Shown piece after piece: positions 1 to 13,400 of a stretch of 64,000 bases of DNA. A model generated the notes under the pieces. The model saw only the letters and a list, made by a program, of their open reading frames with translations, searched no databases and was not told the DNA's origin. Made by a program: the position numbers and the translations under genes. The DNA is taken from the NCBI GenBank assembly GCA_964016885.1, contig OZ024752.1, forward strand, positions 21,142,001-21,206,000, written 5' to 3'. This DNA is from Eledone cirrhosa (Eukaryota). The first letter of the stretch is position 1. Every line of letters begins with the position of its first letter.

Positions 1-243
1 TTGGAGAGGTGTAAGTGTGTAAGGTCGGAATTTATCAAATTTTCCCAGGTTTTTCTGGGTCCACCTACTCCGTAACTTCCATCAATTGTGATCGCCCTGC
101 ACCTTTTTATACAGCTGTCGTCTTTCATGCGCATCACGTGACCATACCAACGTAGTCTTCTCTCGAGTAAACAGCAACTGATCCTTCTTATTCCTAATTT
201 CTCAGTTAGTTCATTTATGCTTTGCCGATCACGTATATTACTA
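1..243 (-). mobile_element. RTE-clade LINE (family A), ORF2 C-terminal fragment; continues at 2555 after an insertion
   Basis: Reverse complement matches the ...RERQSINEL..LLERRLRWYGHVMRMKDD..GRPRKTW segment of the copies at 9470-10282 and 55609-56601; breaks at cgtatattacta. Confidence 0.9.
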
Positions 244-2554
244 CCAGATAGAAAAATGCGTACAGCAAAAAAAAGTAATATTGTTGGAATATAAACCTTT
301 AAAAATACAGGACAAGAAACTAAAATAAAACTTTAAAAGAATAGGACAAGAAACTAAGATAAAACTTTAAAGAATTGGACAAGAAATAAAAAATTTTACA
401 ATAATATTAGTGGCAAAATTTTTTAATTCGTTTCCTGTGCTATGCCCCAGTATCTTCTTGATTAGTGCATAATAATTGTCATGCTCTCATTGTGCGTTGC
501 CTCTGAGCGGTTGGTTCTGTTTGGGGTTGGTTGGCTGAGCAGTTCTGCTCCGTCAGAATGACCATTGCAAGAAGAATTGGCCGATGCAGCTGCAGGTCTC
601 CTCCAAGAATGCACTTCTGGTCCCGCAACACCAGACGATGGGAGAAGACGACCGGGACAAGATGTCGACTCTGACCACCGACTACGGCACCTCCCTCAAC
701 CACCGGTCCTCCCTCCCTCTGTCCCGTCATCCCGCCAGTCCTCCTGCTCCCCCTTCCTGTACCAGAAAGCTGTGGCACGCATTCATCTGGACTGCCGGAC
801 TTGAACTCAAGGACAAGATGCAAGGAGAAGACGGACGGGTTGGTCAAGATCAAGGATGAGCGGGACGACAAGACCGTCCGCTGCTGCTCAAGATCTGTGC
901 TCATGGGCCCATGGGTCCATTCACATTATGCATGACACATGATGAAATAGGGGTATGGTTATGGCCCAATTGGTGTTCAAACCAGGATCAAATGATCCCC
1001 CCGGTCTGACGACGACCTCTGAATATGGAACCCAGAGCCTATGAATGTGGAACTCGATTTTTTACCAATAAAAATTTTGCCACTAATATTATTGTAAAAT
1101 TTTTTATTTCTTGTCCAATTCTTTAAAGTTTTATCTTAGTTTCTTGTCCTATTCTTTTAAAGTTTTATCTTAGTTTCTTGTCCTATTCTTTTAAAGTTTT
1201 ATTTTAGTTTCTTGTCCTGTATTTTTAAAGGTTTATATTCCAACAATATTACTTTTTTTTGCTGTACGCATTTTTCTATCTGATCTACTATTTTTTAAGG
1301 CAATGCAAGCAACAACTATCTAATAATTAAATGATCATAGTGAATTACTGACAAGTGATTGACATTTTAAAGTTCTTTTGAGTATAATTGCAATCTAGTT
1401 GAGGCAACTGGCTTAATGACAAAGCTAGTAAATCATGAATGCATTTGAGATGATTAGTGCATAATAGTGAATTGGTGAAACTTGTGCATTTCAATGGTGT
1501 TACAACAATAGATGTAAGTTATATAGTAGTAATACTTTATCATTTTAACTTTTTAGAATGGACAAAAACCCATGCAAAGAAATGACTTTGACTGCAGTGA
1601 TTCTCTCCAATTTACTTACAAAGCAAAACGTGGTCAAATACCTTATCATCTCTGATAAAATGCCCATTGAATCACTGAAAATCGGATGCATGGAATTCCT
1701 CATACAATGCACCTATGAATCGGAAACCATCACATATATCAATGGATAAAGGGAGTTGTTCACACTGGAAGACCATCACTTCATTTGTGACTTCATCAGT
1801 TCTCTCCACGATTATCTCAGACACCCAATGCCATTGGTGAGAGGTGATCCAATGTGTGAGCATGTAACTAATCTTATAGAAGTTGTTATCGACCACCTGG
1901 CTTTTAGTGACATTTGACTGATTTGACTGATAATGATGTATTTTTAAAAAGTATGTGTACATTCTTCTTACTATTTTAAGGCAATGCAAGCAACAACTAT
2001 TTAATAAAATTTAAATTTAAAAATGACCATTGTGCATTACTAGTATGATGACATTTTATTAAGTCACAAAATTAGTCAGTCAGCCATAGAACAAGGATCA
2101 GGTGGCAAAAACATTGGCAAAAATTTGTGTCAATTTAAGATTTCCAACATTGTTCAAATGAATCATATCTGGTTTGAAGTCAGATTTGTCAAATTTTGAC
2201 CAATTTTCAATGTTGTGAAGATTGGGCAAGTTCAATTTTTGAATCATTTCTTTCATGCAGTAATTAAACTTTTCCAAACGTCGTCATTTCTGGATTACCT
2301 CCCCTAGCGTCACGCTTACTACTTACTCACTTGAACACAAGATTTATCAGCAAACTTTGATTATAAACTTTTTCCCGCTTGACCAAATTTCTAGATTTTT
2401 AAGCCAAAAGATGCGTAATGATCTACTGTTCATGCTCATATAAGTTTTATCTCAGTTAAATAAGGTAGAGCCGCGCTGTACTGTCGTAAACAGACGATTG
2501 CCAACGAAAACACGACCACAACAATATTACTAAACGGACTACCGTCCGTTTAGG
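244..2554. mobile_element. 2.3-kb unclassified insertion splitting an RTE copy; possibly a Helentron/HINE-like non-autonomous element
   Basis: The LINE sequence tattacta|ttacacatcc is interrupted here. The right end has a perfect 10-bp hairpin ctaaacggac-tacc-gtccgtttag (2530-2553), followed on the minus strand by tattgtt..gtctgt. It contains a 34-bp minisatellite. No TIR pair or clear TSD. Confidence 0.45.
245..1282. repeat. Inverted repeat (245-423 vs 1070-1282) built on a 34-bp minisatellite (3 vs 4 units)
   Basis: cagatagaaaaatgcgtacagc...ggacaagaaactaa(g/a)ataaaactttaaaagaata... is the reverse complement of 1070-1282. Confidence 0.9.
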
Positions 2555-3266
2555 ATTACACATCCAACGGAACATGCAGGCTTCGTTCCTTTCCAGTCTG
2601 CGCAGGTCCTCTGCACACAATGCCCATGTCTCACTGCCATGTGACATTTATGTTCGTATGCACGCATCATACAATCTGCCTTTCATTTTTAGAGAGAAAC
2701 CTTTAGTGGTCAATAGTGGTATAAGCTCTCTGAATTTTTTCCATCCCGTTCTGACTCTGGCTACTTTACTTTCAGAGCACCCTCCACCACTGCTGATCTT
2801 GTCACCCAGGTAACGGAAGGTGTCCACTATTTCTATAGAACCATCTGTGCAATAGAAGGAGCTGGTATCCTGTGGGCACTTGCTACTTATTGCACCTGAG
2901 CATCGGTCACATATAAAATCTACGTTCTTAGATAGCTTACCTGTGATCCGACTACATCTTTTATGTACCCATAGTTTGCATTTGGGACATAAAATGGAAT
3001 TTCTGCCTACTCCTTTCCTACATACTTAGCATGGCCATTTCCCAGAGGGCACCTGTGCCCTATTTTCCTTTCTACATACTAGAACTTTAGTCTTAGACAA
3101 GTTAACTTTAAGGCCTTTTGATTCTAGGCCATGCTTCCATGTTTGGAATTTCTTCTCTAGTTCAGCCATCGATTCAGCTATGAGAGTTAGATCATCAGCG
3201 TATAGAAATTCCCATGAGCAGCTGCTCTTGAACTCCTCTGTTATAGCCAGAAGGGCGATAATAAAT
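2555..3266 (-). mobile_element. RTE LINE family A, 5'-truncated ORF2 fragment (RT YADD region, PHD-like finger)
   Basis: ORF 3026..3274 WEFLYADDLTLIAES..GKWPC; ORF 2456..2647 HGSETWAL..RRLERNEA. Confidence 0.9.
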
Positions 3267-3608
3267 GAAGTCATAGACTAATATTCAATTAGGTGGTTCG
3301 TGGAGACGTTCTCTGGCAATGAACGGAAAAAACGAAGATAATACGTCATTATGTGAAGCGCTGAGAACAATTACACACAAAGACAAAACCACGTAAATGG
3401 TATAACTGAAGTCGTAGACTAAAATTCTAACTAGGAAACCGAATGATTCTCGGCTTCAGAGTTAAGAATAATGTAAATAAATTACAGAGGTAATTGAAAT
3501 CAACAAAAATTAAATATATACATGCACGTATCCATATACATACATACACATGCATAAGTGAAAACACCCGCCATGGGTATTTATCTATCTTATCTATCTA
3601 ATCTATCT

Positions 3609-3910
3609 TACGAGCGATCTGTCGATTTTGAGAATGTAAGCAATACTTGTCTTTTCTTTTATCCGTAGTCTTCTCATTAAGCAGTGTTTTAAACTCCTAT
3701 TTATGCCAGTCTCCGTTTTCCTCTCAGATTTTCAATTATTATTTTACATGTTTTTAATATGTCTCATTCTGTTGGACCCTTCCTAAAAACTAACCTTCTC
3801 CTAAAGTTACCCCACCCCCCACCCCACACATTGCTATATGGTCCAATCATAACTCAGCGGCTTTAGTAAGTTCTCTAACAAATCAGTATAGCAAAGCTAC
3901 CACCCCGGTT
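3609..3910 (+). mobile_element. 5' UTR of the RTE family A copy that resumes at 7063
   Basis: ctcattctgttggacccttcc...aatcataactcagcgg...gcaaagctaccacc matches the uninterrupted 5' UTR at about 45260-45590. Confidence 0.8.
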
Positions 3911-6900
3911 CTTAGTCTTAGTCTTAGTTCCTCCAGTCCCTTGTGGAACATTAGGCGACGAGCTTACTCCACTTGATCCTGTCACTGGCGGCCCTTCTAG
4001 CACCTCTCCAGGTAATTCCCATCTCCTGCAGGTCCCCCCTGAATGTACTCCGCCATGTTTTTCGTGGTCTTCTCTGTTCTCTCCTGCCACCTTCTGGTAC
4101 CCAATCCATGGCAATATGAGCAGGTCGATCTGCCGGCAAACGAAGGATGTGGCCCGCGAACTGCCGTCTCCTTTTCCGGACAATGTCCCTTAATCTCTCC
4201 AATCCTGACCTCCTCATCACTTCCTCATTGCTAACTTGGTCGCTCCATGAAATTTTCAATATGGTCCGAAAGCACGACGGTGGAATACATCAAGCTTGTT
4301 ACATACACTTTCCGTACTCTTCCATGTCTCACAGGCATATATCGCTGTTGGTACTACAATGGACATGTAAACACGGAATTTGACAGCGTTGCCGATGGAA
4401 CATCTGGACCATACCGGACGGAGTCGCTGGAAGACCGCCGCTGCTTTTCCCAGCCTTGTGCGCACATCCACCTCAGCATCCCCATCGCCAGAGATGTTGC
4501 TGCCAACGTATTGGAAGTGGTTTACACATTCAATGTTACGCTGACAAACCATGATGGGAGGATTTGGAGGGTCAACTGTCGACATGGTCTTGTTTTTTTC
4601 ACAACTGATACGCAGGCCAACTTTCTCTGCATTGTCATTTAGAACGTTTGTCATCTCTTGCAGGTCTTCTCTATCACTGTTATGTCATCGGCAAAGTCCA
4701 GGTCGCTTAATCTCCTTCCATCCCAACTAATGCCAAAACGAGGGTCACTCATTGTCTTCTTCGTGATGAAATTGATGACAATGAGGAAAAGGAAAGGCAA
4801 AAGGATGCAGCCTTGTCGAACACCCGTCAAGATGTCAAACATTTCCGTGTTTCCGTCCTTTGTCCTAACGCAGCACCTAGAATGTCGGTACAGCGACCTA
4901 AAGATGTTAATATATTTCTCTGGGACACCGTAGAGTTTTACAATCTTCCACAATGACTCCCGATGAACACTGTCGAAAGCTTTCCTGAAGTCAATGTAGT
5001 TGACAACAAGGGACTTGTGGAACTCCCGACATTATTCAATGATATTTCGGAGAGTGAAGATCTGCTCTGAACAAGATCTTCCACTTCGGAAGCCAGCCTG
5101 TTCGTCTCGAAGATGACGATCTACTTCTGCTCTCAGCCGGTTCAGGATGACTGTGCAGAATACCTTCCCTGGCACTGATAGCAACGTGATCCCACTCCAG
5201 TTGTTGCCGTCGCTGAGAGAGCCCTTCTTCAGTAGTGGTACAATCACTCCATTTCCACAATCCTCCGGCACCTCCTCTTCTTGCCAAATCACATTGCATA
5301 AATGGGTGAGCTGCTCCTCTATTACATCCTTGCCATGCTTCAGAAGCTCTGCAGGAATCTAATCCAGCCCTGCTGCTTTGTTATTCTTTTGGCAGCGGAT
5401 GGCCTTGGCCACCTCAGCTCTTGTGATGTCGTCTAGTCTTACATCCAGCCGGTAGCTCGCTTCCTACCAGTCATGCTCGAAGACTGTGTTGGGGGATGGC
5501 TGATTGAGGACCTCACGAAAATGTTCGTTCCACCTCTGGGCCTGCTCTTCACTGGCTGCAAGCATCCGACCATCTTTGCTCTTGATTGGTAAACTGCTTC
5601 CACTTCGTCCTCCAGTTAGCTCTCTGACGATCCGGTACAGCGTCTTGGAATCATTTCGATCTGCTGCCACCTGTGCCTCTGCAGTCAGATCTTCTAACCA
5701 CTGGCACTTGTCTTTTCGACAGCTCTTCTTTACTTCCTTGTCAAGACGTCTGTACTCTTAGTCCACTTCCTTCCATTGCTGTCGAGTTTTGGTTTGATCT
5801 CTTTTGTTCTTAACAACCCTTCCTCTCGTCAATGAGATTCCATGAAGTACTGCTGATCCACTGTTCCCGGTTGGTCCCCCTTCTTCCACCAATAACTACA
5901 TCAGCACTCGCCCTGACCGCCTGAGCAAACATCTGCCACTGGTCTTCATTGTTCTATGCGTGCTGTAGTTCTTGGAACTTATTCCTGACCTCCATGTAGA
6001 ATCCTTCTGACGTGCCTTGGTCTTGCAGGCTTGCCACAGCATATGGCCTCACAGTCTTATTTGCTTTGTTCTTCTTCAACCTCAAGCGGATTTTTCCAGC
6101 CACATGATGGTGGTCAGATCCGACGTCTGCCCCTCGGTAGGTGCGAACTTCCAAGAGAGAGAAACGCCACCTCGTGTCAATGCAGATATAATCAATCTCA
6201 TTCCTGGTGTTGCCATCAGGGTAAGTCCATGTCATCTTGTGAATCCGCCTATTGGTAAAGAATGTATTCCCGATGGAGAGGTTGCTGATACTGCTCAGGG
6301 ACAGCAACCGTTCCCCATTGTTATTGGTGGAATCAGCTGAACCGTGGGGGCCAATGGCTGAATGCATTTCTCTCCTGTCTCCATCTAGCTTGGCATTGAA
6401 GTCACCAATCAGCAGCCTAATGTCTGACCTGGGTGTTTCCTCTAGGACATCCTGTAGTTGGATAAAGAAGGTATCCTTATCTTCATCTGAGGCAGCTTCA
6501 GTCGGGGCGTAGACTTGCACTACGGTCACCTTGGCTAACCTTGTGCTCAATCTGGCAGTAATAATTCATTCACTCACTGGCCTCCATCCCACAAGAGCCC
6601 GTGATACATCTCCGGTGAGGATGATACCAACTCCATGGACATGGTGGTCATCATCACCGGAGTAGAGAATAGTCATGTCTCCGCCGTCGAGTCGTCCCTG
6701 TCCTGTCCACCTAGTCTCGCTGAGGCCCATGATGTCAAGGCGATATTCTCTCATCTCCTTCAGCACCTGCTCCATCCGCCCGTCTCGAAAGAGCGTGCGG
6801 ACATTCCAGGTGCCTACTCTTGTGTTTGATTTGGCGTTGAAGATAGGATTTATCCGCGGTCGGGCCTCCTTTCGGCTTTGACCCGGCCCCATCATAGGTG

Positions 6901-7062
6901 CATCCAGGGATGACGTGTCTTCTCTTTTCCGCCGCTGGTTATCAAAATGGTTTTTTCTCGTCGTTTCAGTAGCGGTGAAAAGTTTTTACGGAGGTAGGGC
7001 TGCTAACCCCATGCCCCAACCCTCCTTTCGCAACCGGGCTGGGGACCGGCTAAGGCGGAGTT
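3911..7062 (-). mobile_element. Full-length RTE LINE (Perere-3/SR2-like), about 3.15 kb, with a 12-13 bp TSD and (CTAAGA)n tail
   Basis: TSD accacc(c/t)cggtt at 3899-3910 and 7063-7074; tail aactaagactaagactaag; APE and RT ORF fragments; twister motif at the 5' end. Confidence 0.92.
3951..6895 (-). pseudogene. Disrupted APE-endonuclease/reverse transcriptase ORF of the RTE element
   Basis: GTWNVRTL..GLSETRW, YAPT..GDFNAK..NEIDYI..GSDH (APE); QAGFRSGRSC, GVRQGCIL, LDFADD (RT); several stops and frameshifts. Confidence 0.9.
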
Positions 7063-7063
7063 A
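7014..7063 (-). ncRNA. Twister ribozyme (type P1-like) remnant at the RTE 5' end
   Basis: Minus strand U^AACUCCGCC-UUA-GCCGGUCCCCAGCCCGG-UUGCGAAA-GGAGGGUUGG matches the twister core (UAA..GC..CCGGUCCCnAGCCCGG..GAGGG). The P1 5' strand is absent and the P2/T1 3' strand looks about 3 nt short. Confidence 0.8.
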
Positions 7064-10000
7064 CCACCTCGGTTACTACTCCTTAAGTTTAGACCTGTTT
7101 GATGGGTTGACTGCGGAAATTTGGAAAATCTAAGCACTCAATGACAATGTCACAGATAAAGATAAATTCACCTCCCGCTGCAAGATGAGAATACAAGGAC
7201 CCCTCTTTATTTCAGACACGGATGACCAACAAAATTCCGTCTCCCACACCCCTCCCTGCCCCTCCAACCCATCCATCCCACCCTCCCACCCTCCCAACTT
7301 CAGAGTTGGTACCATGAACATAGGCACATTGAAAGGTCGCTCAAATGAGGTTGTAGAGATGCTTGAACGTAAGGAAGTAAATGTTTGTTGTGTTAGGTGG
7401 AGAGGTGGGTCTGCTAGATTCATTGTGGGTAAAAAAACTATGCTATAAACTTTTCTGGGTGGGAAATGACAACGGACTGGGTGGAGTAGGAATTATGTTA
7501 GCAGAAAAAGGGGCAGATAAGATAATAGACGTAAATAGAGTGAATGACAAAATAATTAAAATAAGACTAGTTCTAAATAGAACTACTGTGACAATAATAT
7601 CCGCTTATGCACTCCAATCTGGTCTACCTGACGTTATAAAGTACAGGTTCTATGAGACGCTAATGCACACTACCTCCCAAATAACCGACAGTGACTACTT
7701 ATTTATTGCTGGCGATCTAAACGGTCACGTTGGACAATATAGTGATGGCTATGATGGAATCCATGGAGGCTATGGGGTTGGAAATAGTAATGAGGAGGGT
7801 TTCAGAATCCTGGAATTCTGTGACGCAAATAGTCTAACTATCTGTAACACAAACTTCAAAAAACGTGAAAACCACTTGATCACTTATAGATCAGGGGAAC
7901 ACGCCAGCCAGATAGATTATATCCTTACTAGAAGACGGGACAAAGTGTCTGTTGTAAACACTAAATCTCTCCCCCGTGAAGAATGCACCTCCCAACATAG
8001 CCTATAGTTAGTGACCTCATAGTCAGGAATAGATGTACTCGACGACAGAGGAGGCCTACCTTGAGGAGAAGAATATGGAAGTTGAAGAACCCCGCAACCA
8101 GTGACAAATTTAAAAGCTTATTACTTGATGCTTTTGATAGTAAGGAAGAGCAATTAGAGATGTACAATATAGAGGAACAGTGGGAATTCTTGAAAATGAA
8201 CCTGCTGAAGGCGATGGATGAAACCTGTGGCTGGAGCAGACATATAGGCAGGAGGAGAGTAACTTGCCGGTGGAATAGTAAGGTGGAAGAGACAATCAAG
8301 GCCAAAAAGCAGGCTTGGAAAGTATGGCAGCATGGGGGAAGTAGAGAGCACTATCAAGTGGCCAGGAGAGTAGCTAGGAGACAAGTGTACCTTGCAAAAC
8401 GGGAAGCAGAGGATAGAATGTTCAAGTATGTTCTACAACGTGAGGACCAAAAACGTGGGGTGTTTAGTATTGCTAGACAATGTGTCAAGGAAAACCGTGA
8501 TATTGTCGGGGAGAAGTGTGTCCGTAATGATATCGGTGTACTTGCCCTCACTGATACTGATAAGAAGAGAGCCTGTAAGTGTCACTACGAGAGACTATTA
8601 CACGAGGAAAATAAATGGGAAAAAGATAATCTGCCCCAAATCGATCCAATAGAAGGACCAGCGGTGCAAGTTAAAGGTAGTATAATAAGTAAGGCAATCA
8701 AAGATATGAAGACAGGCAAGGCAGCTGGGCCTTCGGAGATAGTTGCTGAGATGTTGAAGGCATCTGGTATGGTGGGACACACTATGGTCACCTGTATAGT
8801 TAACCAAGGAATATAGAATGGGGTCATACCGAAAGACTGGCGTAGCAGCATCATCATTAACTGCTACAAGGGTAAAGGGGATGCTCTAGATAGGGGAAAC
8901 TATAGAGGCATTAGGTTAGTTGACCAGGTCATGAAGGTCACAGAAAGAGTTACAGCGCAACTAATCAGAGAGCGAATTGATCTAGATGAAATGCAGTTTG
9001 GGTTTGTGTCAGGTAAAAGTACCACAGACGCTCTTTTCCTTGTACGACAACTACAAGAGAAGTACCTAGCTAAACGTAAACCCCTCTACTTAGCTTTTGT
9101 AGACCTGGAGAAAGCCTTTGACAGAGGCCCCCACTCCATTATCTGGTGGGCTCTTAGAAAACTAGGTGTAGATGAATTGTTTGTGAGAGCTATATAAGCT
9201 ATGTATAATGAAACAGTCAGTAAGGTTAGAATTAACAATGAATATTGTGAAGAATTTAGTGCAAAAGTTGGGTTCATCAAGGCTCTGTCCTTAGCCCCCT
9301 CCTATTTATTATTGCCCTTCAGACTATAACAGAGGAGTTCAAGACTGGCTGCCCATGGGAACTCCTATACGCATATGATCTAACGCTCATAGCTGAATCA
9401 ATGGCTGAACTAGAGAAGAAATGTTAAACATGGAAGCATGGCCTAAAATCAAAAGGCCTTAAAGTTAACTTGTCTAAGGCTAAAGTCCTAGTTTGTAGAA
9501 AGGAAAATAGGGCACAGGTGCCCTCAGGGAAAGGGCCATGCCCAGTGTATAGGAAAGGAGTAGGCAGAAATTCCATTTTATGTCCCAAATGCAAAGTATG
9601 GGTACATAAAAGATGTAGTGGGATCACTGGTAAACTATCTAAGAACGTAGACTTTATATGTGGCCGGTGCTCAGGTGCAATAAGTAGCAAGTGCCCACAA
9701 GATACTAGCCCCTTCTATTGCCCAGATGGCTCTATAGAAATAGTGGACACTTTCCATTACCTGGGTGAAAAAATCAGCAGTGGTGGAGGGTGCTCAGAAA
9801 GTACAGTAGCCAGAGTCAGAACGGGATGGAAAAAGTTCAGAGAGCTTATACCACTATTGGCCGTTAAAGGTTTCTCTCTAAAAATAAAAGGCAGGCTGCA
9901 TGATGCCTGCATACGAACAGCGATGTTACACGGCAGTGAGACGTGGGCCTTGTGTGCAGAGGATATACGCAGACTGGAGAGGAACGAAGCTTGCATGCTC

Positions 10001-10707
10001 TATTGGATGTGTAATAGTAATATACGCGAACGGCAAAGCATAAATAAACTAAGTGAGAAATTAGGAATAAGAGGGATCAGATGCTGTTTACTCGAGAGAA
10101 GACTACGTTGGTATGGTCACGTGATGCGCATGAAAGATGACAGCTGTATAAAAAAGTGCAGGACGATCAAAATAGACGGTAGCTACGGACTAGGCAGACC
10201 CAGAAAAACCTGGGACTTGATAAATTCCGACCTCACACACTTACACTTCTCCAAGACAATGTCACTGGACCGAGATCTTTGACGCTACGTAGTAATACAG
10301 AAGACCCGCCTTGCCTAAGTACAAAGCGAAACCTAGTCAGTAGGCACCTCTTAACCAAAATACACCACCGTCCTACTACCGCTACCCCCACCGCCATCTA
10401 CACCACCCCTTACGATGTAAAGCTATGTTGGTACCACAACATCCAGTCCTAAATAAATTAAGTCGTATAGGTGTCATGACAAAAAAACACACAGTCCACG
10501 CTGTAATGTGGTCGTGTAGGTAACACGGTAAAAACCTCCCAGTCCACACTGTAAACGTGGTTGGTGTTAGGAAGGGAATCCAGCCGTAGAAAACCTGCCA
10601 GACAGTCCTGAGCAAAGCAACCAGTCTTGCCTCAAGTGGGACAATTCCCGTCCAGACCCATGATAGCGTGGAAGATGGACGTTAAACGATGATGATGATG
10701 ATGATGA

Positions 10708-10710
<3 letters not shown>
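7063..10710 (+). mobile_element. RTE LINE family A, near full-length degenerate copy (APE + RT + PHD-like finger, SINE-like 3' UTR, (GAT)n tail)
   Basis: ORF pieces 7185-10282: VGTMNIGTLKG, AGDLNGHVG, SQIDYIL, MQFGFVSGKST, FVDLEKAFD, RLRWYGHV; ends ggacgttaaacgatgatgatg. Confidence 0.92.
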
Positions 10711-10764
<54 letters not shown>

Positions 10765-10949
10765 GATAAATCTACCAAGAGTTTACGGTAGTGTCCAATC
10801 CGTATGAAGAACTCAATGTATTCCGGATATCATGGAAAGAAGAGATGTAATGAAAAATCACTTTCGGTGAAAGATAAACGGTATACAGAGTCAAGATAAA
10901 ATATTAAACAAATAATGAATAAACAATTCCTTATATTAAACAAAAAAAG

Positions 10950-11103
10950 TTCATTATTTAACGATCGTTTCTAGGATATATATGTGTTATAATTGGTATG
11001 CATATTCAACAGCTCTATGTACAAAATTATACAAAATTATACAAATTATCAAGATTAAATATACATACCAACACATATATACGCCGTCTTCAGAAATAAT
11101 GAA
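10950..11103 (-). ncRNA. Type I hammerhead ribozyme (mirror copy of 13915-14068)
   Basis: Reverse complement of the same motif in the left arm. Confidence 0.8.
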
Positions 11104-11462
11104 GTATATTTATTGATAATAACAACAATTCAAAATTTCGGGTCCGTTTGGGAACAAAATTGACCAATGAAAACACAAAGGGTTAAATGCAGTTCGGTGT
11201 GTGTATATACATGTAAAACCCTTACACATATTTTACAAAAATGTATGTATAATTTGTATACGCATACTAAAAGGATGGATGCAAATACAAAATTTCAAGG
11301 TTAATGTCTCTGTAAGTTTATAATGCACAAATAAGATGCGTATTGACACAAGTATGAAATTAAGTATATAAATATATTTTTTCATACTCACACATATCCG
11401 TACAATCACACATACACGCGCGTATATGCATAAATATACACATAACCACGAACATACAAACA

Positions 11463-11524
11463 AAGGTGTCTATGTGTGATTATATGTCTATATTCGTATG
11501 TGTGTATATATGTATGTATATGTC

Positions 11525-11604
<80 letters not shown>

Positions 11605-11753
11605 TTTTTTTATTTTTTTATTTTTTTTTTTATTATTATAATATAACTTATGTGTATGTGTGTATATGTGAGGTTGTGTATGTGTATATAATATGTGTAT
11701 ATATAAGTGTAAAAAAATATATATATATATATGTGCATGTCTGTTTTTTATGT

Positions 11754-11784
<31 letters not shown>

Positions 11785-11876
11785 TATATATATGTATATG
11801 TGGTTGTTTGTATGTGTATTTATGGTGGTATGTGTGTGTGGGTATCTATATATATATATATATGAATGTATGTGTG

Positions 11877-11931
<55 letters not shown>

Positions 11932-12282
11932 ATATATGTCTCTATTAATGCGTGTATATATGTATATACATATGCCTTTTTATTTTTATTTGTATGTCTG
12001 AGTTAGGTGAGGTTGTAGTGGCGTTTTTTTATATATATACGCATATATGGATGCGTATGTATTTGTATATATGAGTATAAGTAAGTGCATATGTATGTAT
12101 GATTATATATCTAATTCTATGTATGAATATACATGTATATATATGTGTGTATGTAAGTTGTGTATGTATGTATGTATATGTCTATGTGTGTATATATATA
12201 TGTATGTATATCGATGTACGTGTATGTATGTACATGTTTGTCTATGTATGTGTGTATGTATGTGTATGTATATATATATATG

Positions 12283-12339
<57 letters not shown>

Positions 12340-12404
12340 GTATATATCTTTATTATTTATTTTTTTTATATTTTTTTTATATATATGTGTATGTGTGTAT
12401 GTGT

Positions 12405-12435
<31 letters not shown>

Positions 12436-13000
12436 CTTTATATATGTGTATGTGTATGTTCGTGTAGGTGTTTGTGTGTGTATGACTTTATATGTATGTG
12501 TGTATGTGTGTATGCGTATATATTTCTATGTGTGTGTACATGTATGTATGTGTGTGTATGTGTATGTGTGTGTATGTGTATATGTATGTGTATGTATATA
12601 TATATATATATATATATGTTATATATAAATATGTATATATATATGTGTGTGTATATGTATATATATATATATATATCTATATGTTTTTCTATTTGTATAT
12701 ATGTGTGTATAGGTATATAACTTTCTCTTTGTATTTCTAAGTTGTGTGATAGTGTAGTGGTGTTTGTATGTATATACCGATATATAGATGCGTAAGTATT
12801 TGTCTGTATGTATATATGTAAGTCTGTATATATTTGTGTGTATATATAGCTATGTATGTGTATATCTGTATGTATATTAGTATGTAAGTGTTGTATATGT
12901 GCATGTATGTGTGTGGTTATATATATGTGTGTCTATATAGTATGTGTGATTATATGTATATGTGTGTGTATATGTACGTGTATATACATGTATGTGTATA

Positions 13001-13050
<50 letters not shown>

Positions 13051-13256
13051 TGTGTATTTGTATGTATGTGTGTATATATATATGTTTATATATGTGTGTG
13101 TATGTATGTTCTTAGTGTGGATGTGTGTATATGTATGTATGTGTTTGTATATGTGTGTATATTTATGTATGTGTGTGTGTGTGTCTATGTGTATATATAT
13201 GTATATTATATATATATATGTGTGTGTATATATATATATATGTATATGTATGTGTA

Positions 13257-13293
<37 letters not shown>

Positions 13294-13400
13294 TTTCTTG
13301 ATATATTTCTTTTTTCTTTTTTCTTTTTTCTTTCTATTGTTTATTTATTATTTTTTATTTTCTTAGTTTATAGATACATCTATATTAGGCAGTCTGCTCA
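11463..13400. repeat. Degenerate (TA)n/(TG)n/(TATG)n microsatellite field
   Basis: Low-complexity dinucleotide mosaic; its ORFs are YI/CV artefacts. Confidence 0.95.

Noticed and set aside
479-904. Overlapping ORFs on both strands as a host exon or piggyBac C-terminus
   Set aside because: No recognisable domain, no TTAA/TIR structure; GC richness alone explains the open frames.
3267-3470. Possible hammerhead (ctgaagtc..ctag-gaaa-ccga..tcgg) and short direct repeat
   Set aside because: The core deviates (CUGAAGU, no U at the stem III base) and no convincing stem I is present.
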